DNA of 64,000 nt, the filler included, from Vicugna vicugna (Eukaryota), in assembly GCA_013265495.1 (NCBI GenBank). It is 75 parts of 73 records of this genome, joined end to end, with 100 filler letters (N's around TTAATTAATTAA, not from the genome) between each part and the next. Parts side by side here need not be neighbours in the genome. Positions count along the whole stretch, not along the records: positions 12,157 to 13,080 come from MU063115.1; positions 13,181 to 14,302 come from MU063116.1; positions 14,403 to 14,949 come from PNXW01027678.1; positions 15,050 to 15,919 come from MU063118.1; positions 16,020 to 16,751 come from MU063121.1; positions 16,852 to 17,376 come from PNXW01027766.1; positions 17,477 to 18,003 come from PNXW01027768.1; positions 18,104 to 18,655 come from PNXW01027769.1; 67 more parts are not named here. One strand, given 5' to 3'. Positions 12,157-24,804 of the stretch are shown here, piece by piece; position 1 is the first letter of the stretch; each line of letters opens with the position of its first letter. The position numbers and the translations under genes were made by a program. The notes beneath the pieces are model-generated. The model searched no databases. It saw nothing but the letters and a program-made list of their open reading frames with translations, and was not told the origin of the DNA.

Positions 12157-13080
12157 ACCATTGTCAGTGCGTGGGGGAGCTCGTGAGGAAACTCCACGCA
12201 GTTCTCTTCAGTCACAGGTGTTCCCTCTTGGGGAAGTCTGAGAAATAATTTCCCTGTCCTTGGGAGGCTGCCTCTGACACTGGGATATCCTGCAATCACA
12301 CCTAGCATTCCCTGGCACAGAGATATTAGGAAAACCCTCAGGGGAAATGAGCTTAGGCATTCCGTTAGAACCAACGCGCAGTCCACCGTTGATGGAACGT
12401 CCATACGCTCAGGTTTCCGGAACCATTGTCATTGCATGGGGGAGCTGAGAGACAACTCCACGCAGCTCTCTTCAGTCTCAGGTGTTCCCTGTTTGGGAAA
12501 GTCCAAGAAATACCTTCCCTGACTTTGGGNNNNNNNNNNNNNNNNNNNNNNNNNNNNNNNNNNNNNNNNNNNNNNNNNNNNNNNNNNNNNNNNNNNNNNN
12601 NNNNNNNNNNNNNNNNNNNNNNNNNNNNNNNNNNNNNNNNNNNNNNNNNNNNNNNNNNNNNNNNNNNNNNNNNNNNNNNNNNNNNNNNNNNNNNNNNNNN
12701 NNNNNNNNNNNNNNNNNNNNNNNNNNNNNNNNNNNNNNNNNNNNNNNNNNNNNNNNNNNNNNNNNNNNNNNNNNNNNNNNNNNNNNNNNNNNNNNNNNNN
12801 NNNNNNNNNNNNNNNNNNNNNNNNNNCATTCCCTGGCACAGAGATATTAGGAAAACCCTCAGGGGAGACGAGCTTAGGCATTCCGTTAGAACCCACGCGC
12901 TGCCGACCGTTGGTGGAACCTCCCCACGCTCAATATTCTGGAACCATTGTCAGTGCGTGGGGGAGCTCGAGAGGCAACTCCACGCAACTCTCTTCAGTCA
13001 CAGGTTTTCCCTTTTGGGGAAGTCTGAGAAATAATTTCCCTGACATTGGGAGGCAGACTCTGACACTGGGATATCCTGCA
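12157..13080 (+). repeat. Satellite A
   Basis: Monomer motifs on both sides of an internal gap. Confidence 0.95.
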
Positions 13081-13180
13081 NNNNNNNNNNNNNNNNNNNN
13101 NNNNNNNNNNNNNNNNNNNNNNNNTTAATTAATTAANNNNNNNNNNNNNNNNNNNNNNNNNNNNNNNNNNNNNNNNNNNN

Positions 13181-14302
13181 CACACTCAGGATTCCGGAAC
13201 TAAGCCTTGAGTGGGGGGGAAATGTGGGGCCCCACACCACAGATTTATGTGGGCACAGGTGTTCCCCATTAGGGAGAAGTCCTCTTGGTAGCTCTTCAGT
13301 CAATTAGGGGACGCTCGCTGCTACTTGGCCTCCAAGCCCAGCCCATGGCTTTCCCTCGCAGCCAGGCCTAGGGAAACACAGTGAACACAAGGTAAGGTAT
13401 TCTATTAGAACCCAGGCACTGCTGTCAGTTGCAGCAGCCTCCCCACACTCAGGATAACTGAACAGGCCTTCGTGTGTGTCCTGGATTTGGTGAAAGAGTG
13501 TCCAATAAACTTTATGGGGGCCAGGTGTTCCCAGGTAGGGGATGTAGTTTAAACATCTTCACAGTCCATAGATTGGTTCTCGCAAATACTTGGCTTTAGA
13601 GCCCGACCTCCACCTTCGCTCCAAGACCGGCATATGATAACACTCAGGGAGGTCAACATTTGGGCTTCTATTAGATACCAGTTGCTGCTGTCATTTGGAG
13701 GAGCCACCCACACTCAGAAAACAAAACAGTTCTTCGTGTGTGTGCTGGAGGAGTGGAAAGAGAGACCACGCAGCTTTCAGGGCGCACAGATATTCTCAGG
13801 TTGGTGGTTGCAGGAAAAACACCTCCTATTCCCATGGAGTGGAAATCGATAATACTTGGTTTTAGAGCCCAAACCCACTTTCCTTCGCACTCCGGCCTAG
13901 GCAAACGATCAGGGAANNNNNNNNNNNNNNNNNNNNNNNNNNNNNNNNNNNNNNNNNNNNNNNNNNNNNNNNNNNNNNNNNNNNNNNNNNNNNNNNNNNN
14001 NNNNNNNNNNNNNNNNNNNNNNNNNNNNNNNNNNNNNNNNNNNNNNNNNNNNNNNNNNNNNNNNNNNNNNNNNNNNNNNNNNNNNNNAGTCCATCAGACT
14101 CGCTTCTACTTGACTTCCAAGCCCAACCCGCAGCTTTCCCACGCATCCCGGCCTAGGGTAACACTCCGGGAATGCAAGCTAAGTGATTCTATTTGAACCC
14201 AGGGATCTGCTGTCCGTTGGAAGAGCCTCCCCTCACTCCGGATACTTGAACACGTCTTTGTGTGTGTGCTGGTTTGGGAAAACAGAGTCCACGCATCTTT
14301 TT
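13181..14302 (+). repeat. Satellite B
   Basis: TTCTATTAGA core recurs 266 bp apart (~13398, ~13664). Confidence 0.9.
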
Positions 14303-14699
14303 NNNNNNNNNNNNNNNNNNNNNNNNNNNNNNNNNNNNNNNNNNNNTTAATTAATTAANNNNNNNNNNNNNNNNNNNNNNNNNNNNNNNNNNNNNNNNNN
14401 NNCCCAGCCTCTTTTCCAGCTCTCTGTGGCCTGGGCCTGGGGCAGGGTAGCCAAGAACCTATTCCCTCAATAGCCTGAATTCAGCCCCCAGCCCAGGCTA
14501 TATTTAGCCTCGTGCCTCAAACACTGGACAAAGCCACATTCCAAGGAGCTGGTGGGGACAGAGCTGAGAGGGGGCTGCCCTTCCTGCCCCGTCCCCTTCC
14601 TGATGTGGATACCCCTCTGTTGCCCTTCTGGAGTTACCAGGAATGCTGTTCACGGGCACATGGGCTTGGACTTGGTGTGACTTGCATTCTATTGCTTCT

Positions 14700-14949
14700 G
14701 CTCCATGCTCTCTTTCCTCTCCTTTTTGGACTCCAGAAACATATGTTAGATCTTTTCATTGTGTTACATGTAGCATTAACGCTATTTTATGTTTCCCATC
14801 TTTTTCTTTTTTTCTGTCTGTGCTTCAATCTAGGTATTTTCTACTAACTGATTTTCCAGTTCACTAATCCTCTCTCCTACTCCATCTAAATTCCTAATTT
14901 CAGTCATTGTATTTTTTCCATTCAAGGATTCCACTTGATTCTTTCCTCT
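14700..14949 (-). mobile_element. Possible ancient L1M/HAL1 fragment
   Basis: T-rich tract with TTCCAGTTCACTAATCCTCTCT, typical of antisense old L1 ORF1 region; a similar motif lies near 34830. Confidence 0.35.
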
Positions 14950-15049
14950 NNNNNNNNNNNNNNNNNNNNNNNNNNNNNNNNNNNNNNNNNNNNTTAATTA
15001 ATTAANNNNNNNNNNNNNNNNNNNNNNNNNNNNNNNNNNNNNNNNNNNN

Positions 15050-15919
15050 TACTTGGATTTACAGCCCAACCCCCAATATCCCCCGCACACCGCCAGTGTC
15101 AAGCCACAATTGAAGACAAGTAAATGTATTGTATTAGAACCCAGGCACTGCTGTTATTTGGAGGAACCTCCCCACACTCAAAACATCTGAGCCAGATATC
15201 GTGTGTGTGCTGGAGGAGGGAAACTGAGTCCACACATCTTTATGGGGNNNNNNNNNNNNNNNNNNNNNNNNNNNNNNNNNNNNNNNNNNNNNNNNNNNNN
15301 NNNNNNNNNNNNNNNNNNNNNNNNNNNNNNNNNNNNNNNNNNNNNNNNNNNNNNNNNNNNNNNNNNNNNNNNNNNNNNNNNNNNNNNNNNNNNNNNNNNN
15401 NNNNNNNNNNNNNNNNNNNNNCTGCTATTGTCAGTTGCAGGAGCCTCCCCACACTCAGGATACCAGAAAACTTCGTGTGTGTGCTGGAGGTGGGGAAACA
15501 AAGAACACGCATTTTTCAGGGGTCACAGTAATTCTCACGTTGTGGGTTGTAGTTTAAACATCTCCACAACCCATCGAGAGGCACACGCTGATACTTAGTT
15601 TTAGAGCCCAAATCCCACTTTCATCCACACACTGGCCTAGGCAAACCATCAGGGAAGACAAGCAAAGGGATTCTATTAAAACCAAGAAGCTGGTGTCAGT
15701 TGGAAGAACTACCCCACCCTCAGGATACTGGAACCCAACCTTGTGTGGTGGGGGGGTTTGAAGCCCCATTCCACGCAGATGAATGGGTGTTCAGGTGTTT
15801 CCCTTTATGGAGAATTCATCTAAATATATCCTCAGTCCATCGGGGGGCACTTTTTACTATTTGGACTCAAAGAGCAACCCCCAGGTTTCTCTCAGATTCA
15901 GTCCTAGGGAAACACTCAG
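15050..15919 (+). repeat. Satellite B
   Basis: Three copies of the CTG.TGT.A.TTG.AG....CCCCAC.CTCA core. Confidence 0.9.
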
Positions 15920-16019
15920 NNNNNNNNNNNNNNNNNNNNNNNNNNNNNNNNNNNNNNNNNNNNTTAATTAATTAANNNNNNNNNNNNNNNNNNNNNNNNN
16001 NNNNNNNNNNNNNNNNNNN

Positions 16020-16751
16020 AGAAATGCATGATTGCCGAATCCGTCATGCATGTAGCATGTATGGTACCCGGAATGCATTATTGATGGAATTCAGGTAAAT
16101 TACATACCTATTAGTTGGAAATCACCCCAGAAGTATTTTTTTGTGAAAAATGCACGAATTCGTACCTGGTGTTAGGGAAATTTTGTGAAAATGTGTACAC
16201 GGGTCTAGATAAAAATTTTCCTTTTATAGAGGAGGAAAGATTAGTCATCCAGATGACCTCAACTCAGGAATGTATATTTGTCGAATCCGTCATGTATGTA
16301 GCATGTACGGAACACGGAATATCATGTAGATGGAATCTATTCAACNNNNNNNNNNNNNNNNNNNNNNNNNNNNNNNNNNNNNNNNNNNNNNNNNNNNNNN
16401 NNNNNNNNNNNNNNNNNNNNNNNNNNNNNNNNNNNNNNNNNNNNNNNNNNNNNNNNNNNNNNNNNNNNNNNNNNNNNNNNNNNNNNNNNNNNNNNNNNNN
16501 NNNNNNNNNNNNNNNNNNNNNNNNNNNNNNNNNNNNNNNNNNNNNNNNNNNNNNNNNNNNTATGTAAACAATGTAAATTACATTTGTATTGGTGAGAATT
16601 CGCTCAAAGAGTGTTTTCTGGTGCCAGATGTCCGATTTTAGAAACTGGTGATAGAAAAATCTATTAAGTCAGAGTAAATATTTCTAAGTGTTTATACGCA
16701 TTTTTGGGTGGATGAAAGGTCAGTAATCCACATACTCACAAGTCAGAAATG
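16020..16751 (+). repeat. Satellite C
   Basis: GAATCCGTCATG.ATGTAGCATGTA at 16037 and 16283 (246 bp apart). Confidence 0.9.
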
Positions 16752-16851
16752 NNNNNNNNNNNNNNNNNNNNNNNNNNNNNNNNNNNNNNNNNNNNTTAAT
16801 TAATTAANNNNNNNNNNNNNNNNNNNNNNNNNNNNNNNNNNNNNNNNNNNN

Positions 16852-17376
16852 TGAAAATGTGTACACGTGTCTAGATGAAAATACTACTTTTATAGACGAG
16901 GGAAGATTAGAAATCCAGATGACCTCAACTCAGCAATGTATATTTGTCGAATCCGTCATATATGAAGCAAGTACGGAACATGGAATATCATGTAGATGGA
17001 ATCTATTCAAATTATATATCTCTAGGGAAGTATTCCCTCCAAGAGTGTTTTTGTGTTATCAAAGTGTGATTCTTTAAACTGGTGATAGGAAGAAGCTACA
17101 AAGTCAAAGTAAATATTTCAGAGTGCATAGGTAACTTGTTTGGTGGTTGAAACATCAGTCATGCGCATGTTCACAACTCAGAAATAACAACTCAGAAATT
17201 CATGTTTGAGGAATCCGTGATGCATGAAAGATGCTCGTAATACGGAAATCCATGGTTATGTAAACAATATAAATTACATGTTAATTGGTGAGAATTCGTT
17301 CAAAATGTGTTTTCTGGTGCCAAATGTTCGGTTTTAGAACCTGGAGATAGGAAAAACCTATGAAGTCGGAGTAAAT
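16852..17376 (+). repeat. Satellite C
   Basis: Colinear with 16186-16345 and 16561-16680; carries a 14-bp duplication ACAACTCAGAAATA. Confidence 0.9.
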
Positions 17377-17476
17377 NNNNNNNNNNNNNNNNNNNNNNNN
17401 NNNNNNNNNNNNNNNNNNNNTTAATTAATTAANNNNNNNNNNNNNNNNNNNNNNNNNNNNNNNNNNNNNNNNNNNN

Positions 17477-18003
17477 CAAATGACAGCAGAACCTGAGGTC
17501 TAATAGAATCCGTTAGCTTGAATTCCTTGGGTGTTAACCTTGGCCGGTCTTTAAGCGAATGTGGGGGTTGGGCCCTAAAGGATTAGCGAGTGCCCCTCTA
17601 TGGGCAGTGGAGGTGTTTAAACCAAATCCCCAACTTTGGAACACCTGTGCCCCCATAAAGATGCGTGGAATATCTTTCCCAACTCCAGAACACACACGAA
17701 GACTTTCAGATATCCTTAGTGTGGGGGGGCTCCTCAAAATGACGGCAGCGTCTGGGTTCTAATAGAATCCCTTAGCTTGTAATACGAGTGTTTCCCTGGT
17801 CCGGGATGTGAGGGAAAGCTGGGGGTTGGGCTTGGAGTCTAAGTAGCAGTGAGTGTCCCCTGATGGATAGAAGTAGTACTCAGAGGGGTTCCCCCAAAAA
17901 GGAATACATGACCCATTCACCGGAGTGGGGCTGCACAAGTCCCCCACACACAAGAATATGTTCCGGAATCCTGAGAGCAGAGAAGTTCCTCCAACTGACA
18001 GCA
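17477..18003 (-). repeat. Satellite B
   Basis: Reverse-complement core GGGTTCTAATAGAATCCCTTAGCTTG. Confidence 0.9.
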
Positions 18004-19326
18004 NNNNNNNNNNNNNNNNNNNNNNNNNNNNNNNNNNNNNNNNNNNNTTAATTAATTAANNNNNNNNNNNNNNNNNNNNNNNNNNNNNNNNNNNNNNNNN
18101 NNNGACCTTGATGATGGAGGAGAAAAATCACCTCTGATAAGGGTAGTTTTATCACCAATTATCTGGGTGGTAGAAGGCCTTCTTATTAGAGGCATGTTTA
18201 AATTTGCAGTAGGTTAAAAAGCACTTTCTCCACTAGCATTAACCGCAAAACCAGAATTATGATTATCCACGTTACCCCCTGCTTTAAAGTGCTTCTTTTT
18301 GAAATCTTCAGCCAATGAAGATACCAGAGAATCATTTTTAATCCCAACTCTTCTATATACTCTAAGTAAAATCTGGGGATAGCCTCATTTAAAATTTGGA
18401 TTATGATAGAACTGCAGCTACAACATGATAGAACTTACAACGAAAGGTGAAAATTTTTAGTAATATTTAAATCAAAATACAAGCCAAAAATTAGCCTAAC
18501 CTGTAAATCCTCAGATTTCACGTTTACAATGCAAAGATAATATCATCAAAATATGAACATTGCTGATGATATTTTTAAGTTTCTTGTTTGGAAACTACAC
18601 ATTTAAATATTATAGTCATCAAATTTAAGAAGGTAGTATTTGCAGTAATGGTTTANNNNNNNNNNNNNNNNNNNNNNNNNNNNNNNNNNNNNNNNNNNNT
18701 TAATTAATTAANNNNNNNNNNNNNNNNNNNNNNNNNNNNNNNNNNNNNNNNNNNNGAAGAGCCAACTCAGAGAAGCATCAGTGTGTAATGGTCCCTTCTT
18801 CCTGGGACTGTAAACAAATCTCAGTCCCACCTATGAGGTTGTGGAGCCCCTAGGTAGGGATTCGGGTTTTGACCCCTCCTCTACCTGGGAACCATGCACC
18901 AGAAAATATGGTGGCTATGGCTGAGCCTTGACTCTCTTCTCCCAAGAAGTCTCCAATAATGGCACTGTGGGTCTGCGGAACTGTGGGTCTGCGGACACAA
19001 TGGCTATGGCTCCCCTTCCCCCCAGGGCACACCAGCAGTGTTTTTTGCCTTTGTATTTGTATTTTATGGGGAACCAAGGCTATTCTGTATACTCTCCCAG
19101 CCATGGCACACAGAACATTGCAGTCCCCCAAGTTTTCCTCTGTAGAGTCAGCCCAAGTCCTCTGCTCAACTCAGACAGGTGTGTCCCATCCCACACCTGC
19201 TGGTTCGCATCTAGGGCTGGGGATCGNNNNNNNNNNNNNNNNNNNNNNNNNNNNNNNNNNNNNNNNNNNNTTAATTAATTAANNNNNNNNNNNNNNNNNN
19301 NNNNNNNNNNNNNNNNNNNNNNNNNN

Positions 19327-20317
19327 GTGTGGAATTATTTCTAGGCTCTCTATCTCTTTTTATTGATTATAGCTCTGTGCCAATGTCATACTGTTTTTAT
19401 TACTGTAGGTTTTTAGTAGAGTAAGGTATCCAGGAGGGTTATACCTCCAGATTTGTTGTTTTTTCTCAAGATCATTTTGGCAATTTTTAATGGTTTCATG
19501 TAAAACTTAGAGTTATTTATTTTCTGGTTCTGTGGAAAATACTACAGCTTCATAACAGGAATTGCACTATATCCTTAGGTTTCTTTGTGTAGTACTGTCA
19601 TGTTAACAATATGATCTCTTTCAATCCAAGAGCACAAGACATCTTTCCATTTCTTAGAATCATTTTTATTTTCTTTGTCAATATTTTATAATTTTCAGTG
19701 TGTAGATTTTTCACATATGTGGTTATATTTATTCCAAGATATTCGAGGGAATGAGGTTTTAAATATTATTGCTTTCAACGTCCATTTTATGGTATCTCAT
19801 GTTTAATGTGGACAAATGCAAGAGACGTCTTTACATTAATCCTGTACTCTGCTCCCTTGATGAAATTAATTTTTGTTTATAATAGTCAATGTGGAGTCCA
19901 TAGGACTGTCTGTGTAGATATTTATGACTTTAGTACTGGTGATGATTTTGCCTCTTTCATTCCATTTTGTATTTCTTTAATCCTTTTTCTTTTCCTTTAT
20001 CTTTCTTCTATTACAATTGAACAGAGTAGGAATCCTTGTCTTGTTCCCGAATTTACCCAGAAGGCTTTCCGCCTTTCCCCTGAGTATTATAAATTGTTAT
20101 AAATGTCCTTTAGTATGTTGAGAAATGTTCCCATTGTACTCAATTTCATGAGAGTTCTGATGATGAATGTATGTTGAATTTTGTCAAAGTCATGCTGCTT
20201 GTGTATGTTGAACCATCCTTGTGAATCTGGAAGGAATCCAACTGATCATCATGTATAATCTTTCTATGTATTGCTGGATAAATTTGTTGAAGTTTTTCGA
20301 GGATTTTTGTTTTGAAT
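19327..20317 (-). mobile_element. Degenerate LINE-1 ORF2 (RT region and downstream)
   Basis: Antisense L1 motifs such as GTTGAACCATCCTTG, GAATCCTTGTCTTGTTCC and TCCAAGAGCACAAGACATCTTTCCATTTC; no long ORF. Confidence 0.85.
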
Positions 20318-20417
20318 NNNNNNNNNNNNNNNNNNNNNNNNNNNNNNNNNNNNNNNNNNNNTTAATTAATTAANNNNNNNNNNNNNNNNNNNNNNNNNNN
20401 NNNNNNNNNNNNNNNNN

Positions 20418-21388
20418 AGCAGAAGAATGCTCATAGCACACCCTTTCCCACAAATGCACCAAGACTCACATCCACAGACCCACTCAGCTAACCAGAGAAC
20501 CTGCAGAACTGTGACAGAACATTGTCCTCTTCAATAGATAAAGATGCAAAAAATCTGGTAGGAGAAAAGGAAGGAAGAAATAAAGAAAAAAAGGTAAAAC
20601 AGAGTGGGACAGGTACCCTGGGTAAGGAGCAGCAAATAAGTACAGGTACTCATTCACTATGTCTCCCCTCTCCAACTGAGAGTTCGGCACGATGGAGGGG
20701 GCGCCTCCAAGGATTGGAACTGTACAATGTATAAGTTGACTGACAGAACTAAGATAAACAGGTACAGAGGATCCCTGTGAGACCCAGCAAATGATGCAGG
20801 AAGCTGGGGACAGGGCCATGCTGCCCGAGCTGGGTGGTTGATGGGGATGGTTGCACTGTGGCAGCACAGGTGAATGTAGAGGGTTTTGTGCCATGGCAGT
20901 GGGTGCACAGGGCAGAACAACCTGGTCTCTTCATAAAACAACAGTGCAGATGTGCACAGTGGGGGGAAGGGTGCATTCCCCATCTCTGAAATTCCTCGAA
21001 AGTTTGTAGGTGAAGAGAGCTGGGGCTCAGACCCAGCCACCATAGCCTCTGGTGCTTTGCACCCAGGTGGCAGTGGGGGCAAAAACTGCATCTACACCTA
21101 AGGACTTAGCAGCCTCAAGGGCCAGATAGAGACCTGTATACAACCTGAGGCACATAGGATAATACTGTAATGGTTCCTCAGGGAACTTGACCGACAAGAA
21201 AACAAGGAGCTGGATTTTGGCCCAGACCATGGACAGGGCAGTTCCACAGTCTTCCCTGAGCCCACACTCGATGTGCAAACCCGAGGCAGAGCGTACAGAG
21301 GCACTGAACAGCATTGTGATCGGCACACATAGAGGGCGGGTGGCCCCCATGTTTTGGGCTGGAATGCTGCCCCTGACCATGGTGCTGG
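20418..21388 (+). mobile_element. Probable LINE-1 5'UTR (type 1)
   Basis: Dispersed repeat: 20921-21025 matches the reverse complement of 42933-43042, and 21220-21388 matches 55872-56040. The 5'UTR assignment is an inference from composition and the T-rich tract in the 42 kb copy. Confidence 0.65.
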
Positions 21389-21488
21389 NNNNNNNNNNNN
21401 NNNNNNNNNNNNNNNNNNNNNNNNNNNNNNNNTTAATTAATTAANNNNNNNNNNNNNNNNNNNNNNNNNNNNNNNNNNNNNNNNNNNN

Positions 21489-22600
21489 TGCAATCACCCC
21501 TAGCCTTCCCTGGCACAGAGACATTGGGAAAACACTCAGGGGAGACGAACATAGGCATTCCGTTTTAAGCCACGCGCTACCGACCGTTGGTGGAACCTCC
21601 TCACGCTCAGGATTCCGGAACCATTGTCAGTGCGTGGGGGAGCTCGAGAGACAACTCCACGCAGCTCTCTTCAGTCACAGGTGTTCCCTGTTCGGGGAAG
21701 TCCGAGAAATACGTTCCCCGACCTNNNNNNNNNNNNNNNNNNNNNNNNNNNNNNNNNNNNNNNNNNNNNNNNNNNNNNNNNNNNNNNNNNNNNNNNNNNN
21801 NNNNNNNNNNNNNNNNNNNNNNNNNNNNNNNNNNNNNNNNNNNNNNNNNNNNNNNNNNNNNNNNNNNNNNNNNNNNNNNNNNNNNNNNNNNNNNNNNNNN
21901 NNNNNNNNNNNNNNNNNNNNNNNNNNNNNNNNNNNNNNNNNNNNNNNNNNNNNNNNNNNNNNNNNNNNNNNNNNNNNNNNNNNNNNNNNNNNNNNNNNNN
22001 NNNNNNNNNNNNNNNNNNNNNNNNNNNNNNNNNNNNNNNNNNNNNNNNNNNNNNNNNNNNNNNNNNNNNNNNNNNNNNNNNNNNNNNNNNNNNNNNNNNN
22101 NNNNNNNNNNNNNNNNNNNNNNNNNNNNNNNNNNNNNNNNNNNNNNNNNNNNNNNNNNNNNNNNNNNNNNNNNNNNNNNNNNNNNNNNNNNNNNNNNNNN
22201 NNNNNNNNNNNNNNNNNNNNNNNNNNNNNNNNNNNNNNNNNNNNNNNNNNNNNNNNNNNNNNNNNNNNNNNNNNNNNNNNNNNNNNNNNNNNNNNNNNNN
22301 NNNNNNNNNNNNNNNNNNNNNNNNNNNNNNNNNNNNNNNNNNNNNNNNNNNNNNNNNNNNNNNNNNNNNNNNNNNNNNNNNNNNNNNNNNNNNNNNNNNN
22401 NNNNNNNNNNNNNNNNNNGGGTGGGGGAGCTCGAGGGACAACTCCACGCAGCTCTCTTCAGTCACAGGTGTTCCCTGTTCGGGGAAGTCCGAGAAATAAC
22501 TTCCCTGTCCCTGGGGGGCAGCCTCTGTCACTGGGATTACCTGCAAAACCCCCTAACCTTTCCTGGCATAGGGACATTAGGAAAAACCTCAGGGGAGACG
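21489..22600 (+). repeat. Satellite A
   Basis: Monomer motifs flanking an internal gap. Confidence 0.95.
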
Positions 22601-22909
22601 NNNNNNNNNNNNNNNNNNNNNNNNNNNNNNNNNNNNNNNNNNNNTTAATTAATTAANNNNNNNNNNNNNNNNNNNNNNNNNNNNNNNNNNNNNNNNNNNN
22701 CCCTCTCAGGACACATCATCTCCCTTTTACAGGTGAGGAGCCAGGATCAAGCAGCTAAGTGCCCCCCACTCTTTGGGGCAGCAGCAGGAAAGTGGGGGAG
22801 ATAGGAGTGGACCCGGAGTCTCCCATCTTCAACCACTGTGCCCCACTGCCTCCCCACTCGTGTCCATCGCAGCATCTTGCATTTGATCGTCCACCTGTCC
22901 CTCTCCTCC

Positions 22910-23011
22910 TCTGACTATGAGTTTCTCTAGGAAGCACTGGGGTCTTATTCAAGTCACTGTTCCCAGAGATTTGGGCACTCAGGCATCAGTACACACTATT
23001 GAATGAATGAA
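22910..23011 (+). mobile_element. L2 3' end
   Basis: Ends in TATTGAATGAATGAA, the L2 tail. Confidence 0.6.
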
Positions 23012-24055
23012 CATTCAAATCTGGAGCCCTGGAGGCAGGTCTTGGTGTTCCACAAACCTTTTCTTTGTAGCCTGTATTTTTTTTTTTTAATAATACTTGT
23101 ATTTTCTGTGTTTATTTCCCCTTTGTTCTTTAATATTAGCAAAGCCTTTTGGGAAATGGCTGACAGCAAGAGTTGTTGTGGGAACAGCTCTCAGTCTGGA
23201 TCTGAACCAAAGCTTTAAAAAGGCTTCCCACTCCCCACTACACACCAGTAACTGGAGGCAGCCACCCTGGAGACCAAGGNNNNNNNNNNNNNNNNNNNNN
23301 NNNNNNNNNNNNNNNNNNNNNNNTTAATTAATTAANNNNNNNNNNNNNNNNNNNNNNNNNNNNNNNNNNNNNNNNNNNNTGGTTATTCACAGGCGCTGAA
23401 GCTGTGGAATCTCAATCTCACCAAATTAAAGGGCATCATCGCTAATTACAAAACCAATCATTTCTTCAGTAGCAAAAGGAGAAAAGACTTTGTGTTCCCC
23501 ACCTCCAACTTTTTTCCTCCACCTTCAGATGTTTCTCATCTCTGGGCAAGGGTAGAAAGCAACTCACAGAATATTATTTTTCAATGTTTTTTCCCACTCT
23601 GAAGATTGCTTTCCCAGAACCGATGAAGGCTAGAATGGTTTAGCTTTNNNNNNNNNNNNNNNNNNNNNNNNNNNNNNNNNNNNNNNNNNNNNNNNNNNNN
23701 NNNNNNNNNNNNNNNNNNNNNNNNNNNNNNNNNNNNNNNNNNNNNNNNNNNNNNNNNNNNNNNNNNAAGAAAGCAGTATAGAAACAGGACAACCATAGTT
23801 GGAAATGCAATAACGAGTTACAAGAGAATAAACATAAAGATGTAAAAATGAAAAAGGACATCAAAATAAAAAAAGGCGGGAATGGGAGAGGGGAGCAAGG
23901 AAATATAGATTTTTTTTTCTTTCTTTTTTTTCTTCGTTATTCTTAGGATGTGTTGNNNNNNNNNNNNNNNNNNNNNNNNNNNNNNNNNNNNNNNNNNNNT
24001 TAATTAATTAANNNNNNNNNNNNNNNNNNNNNNNNNNNNNNNNNNNNNNNNNNNN

Positions 24056-24704
24056 AATAAACCACCAGGTCTCCATACACTATTGTAAAGCTACAATAAT
24101 TAAAATGACATGATATTGGTACAGAAACAGCCATATGGACCAATGGAACAGAATAGAGAGCCTAGGAATAAATCTAAATGCCTATGTTGAACTAATCTTT
24201 GACAGAGTAGCCAAGAATATGACAGAGAAAAGACCATCTCTTCACCAACAGGTGTTGGGAAAACTGGATATCAGCATCAGAGTAATGGAGCTAGAAAAAT
24301 CATTCACTCCATACACAAGAATAAACTCAAAATGGCTTGAAGACTACAAGGTAAGGCAAGACACAGTAAATCTCCTAGGAGAAAATATAGGCAAAACACT
24401 CTGACATAAATTTCAGCAATGATCTCCTAGAATAGACTACCCAGGTAAGGGATATAAGAGCAAAATTAATAAATGGGACCTAATTAAACTTATAAGCTTT
24501 TGCACAGCAAATGGAACCACAAACAAAGCAAAAAGACAACCTAGAGTTTTAAAGAAAATATTTTGAATTGATGCAACTGACAAAGGCTAAGTTTCCAAAA
24601 TATAAAGAGTTCATACAACCTAATAATAATAATACATAAAAAAACAAGAAACACAATATGAAAATGGGCAGAAGAACTAAACAATCAATTCTCAAATAGA
24701 GACA
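24056..24704 (+). mobile_element. Degenerate LINE-1 ORF2, C-terminal region
   Basis: MDQWNRIES..., TPYTRINSKW..., LLGENIGKTL, KWDLIKL motifs; stops and frameshifts present. Confidence 0.95.
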
Positions 24705-24804
24705 NNNNNNNNNNNNNNNNNNNNNNNNNNNNNNNNNNNNNNNNNNNNTTAATTAATTAANNNNNNNNNNNNNNNNNNNNNNNNNNNNNNNNNNNNNNNN
24801 NNNN

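Noticed and set aside
16634..16655. Similarity of satellite C (TTTTAGAACTGGTGAT) to the A/B core (ATTAGAACCCAGGTGCT)
   Set aside because: Too short and does not extend; there is no support for uniting the 245-bp and 267-bp superfamilies.
18964..18995. 16-bp tandem duplication ACTGTGGGTCTGCGGA (and a 19-bp direct repeat near 48202/48238)
   Set aside because: Ordinary micro-duplications with no further structure.
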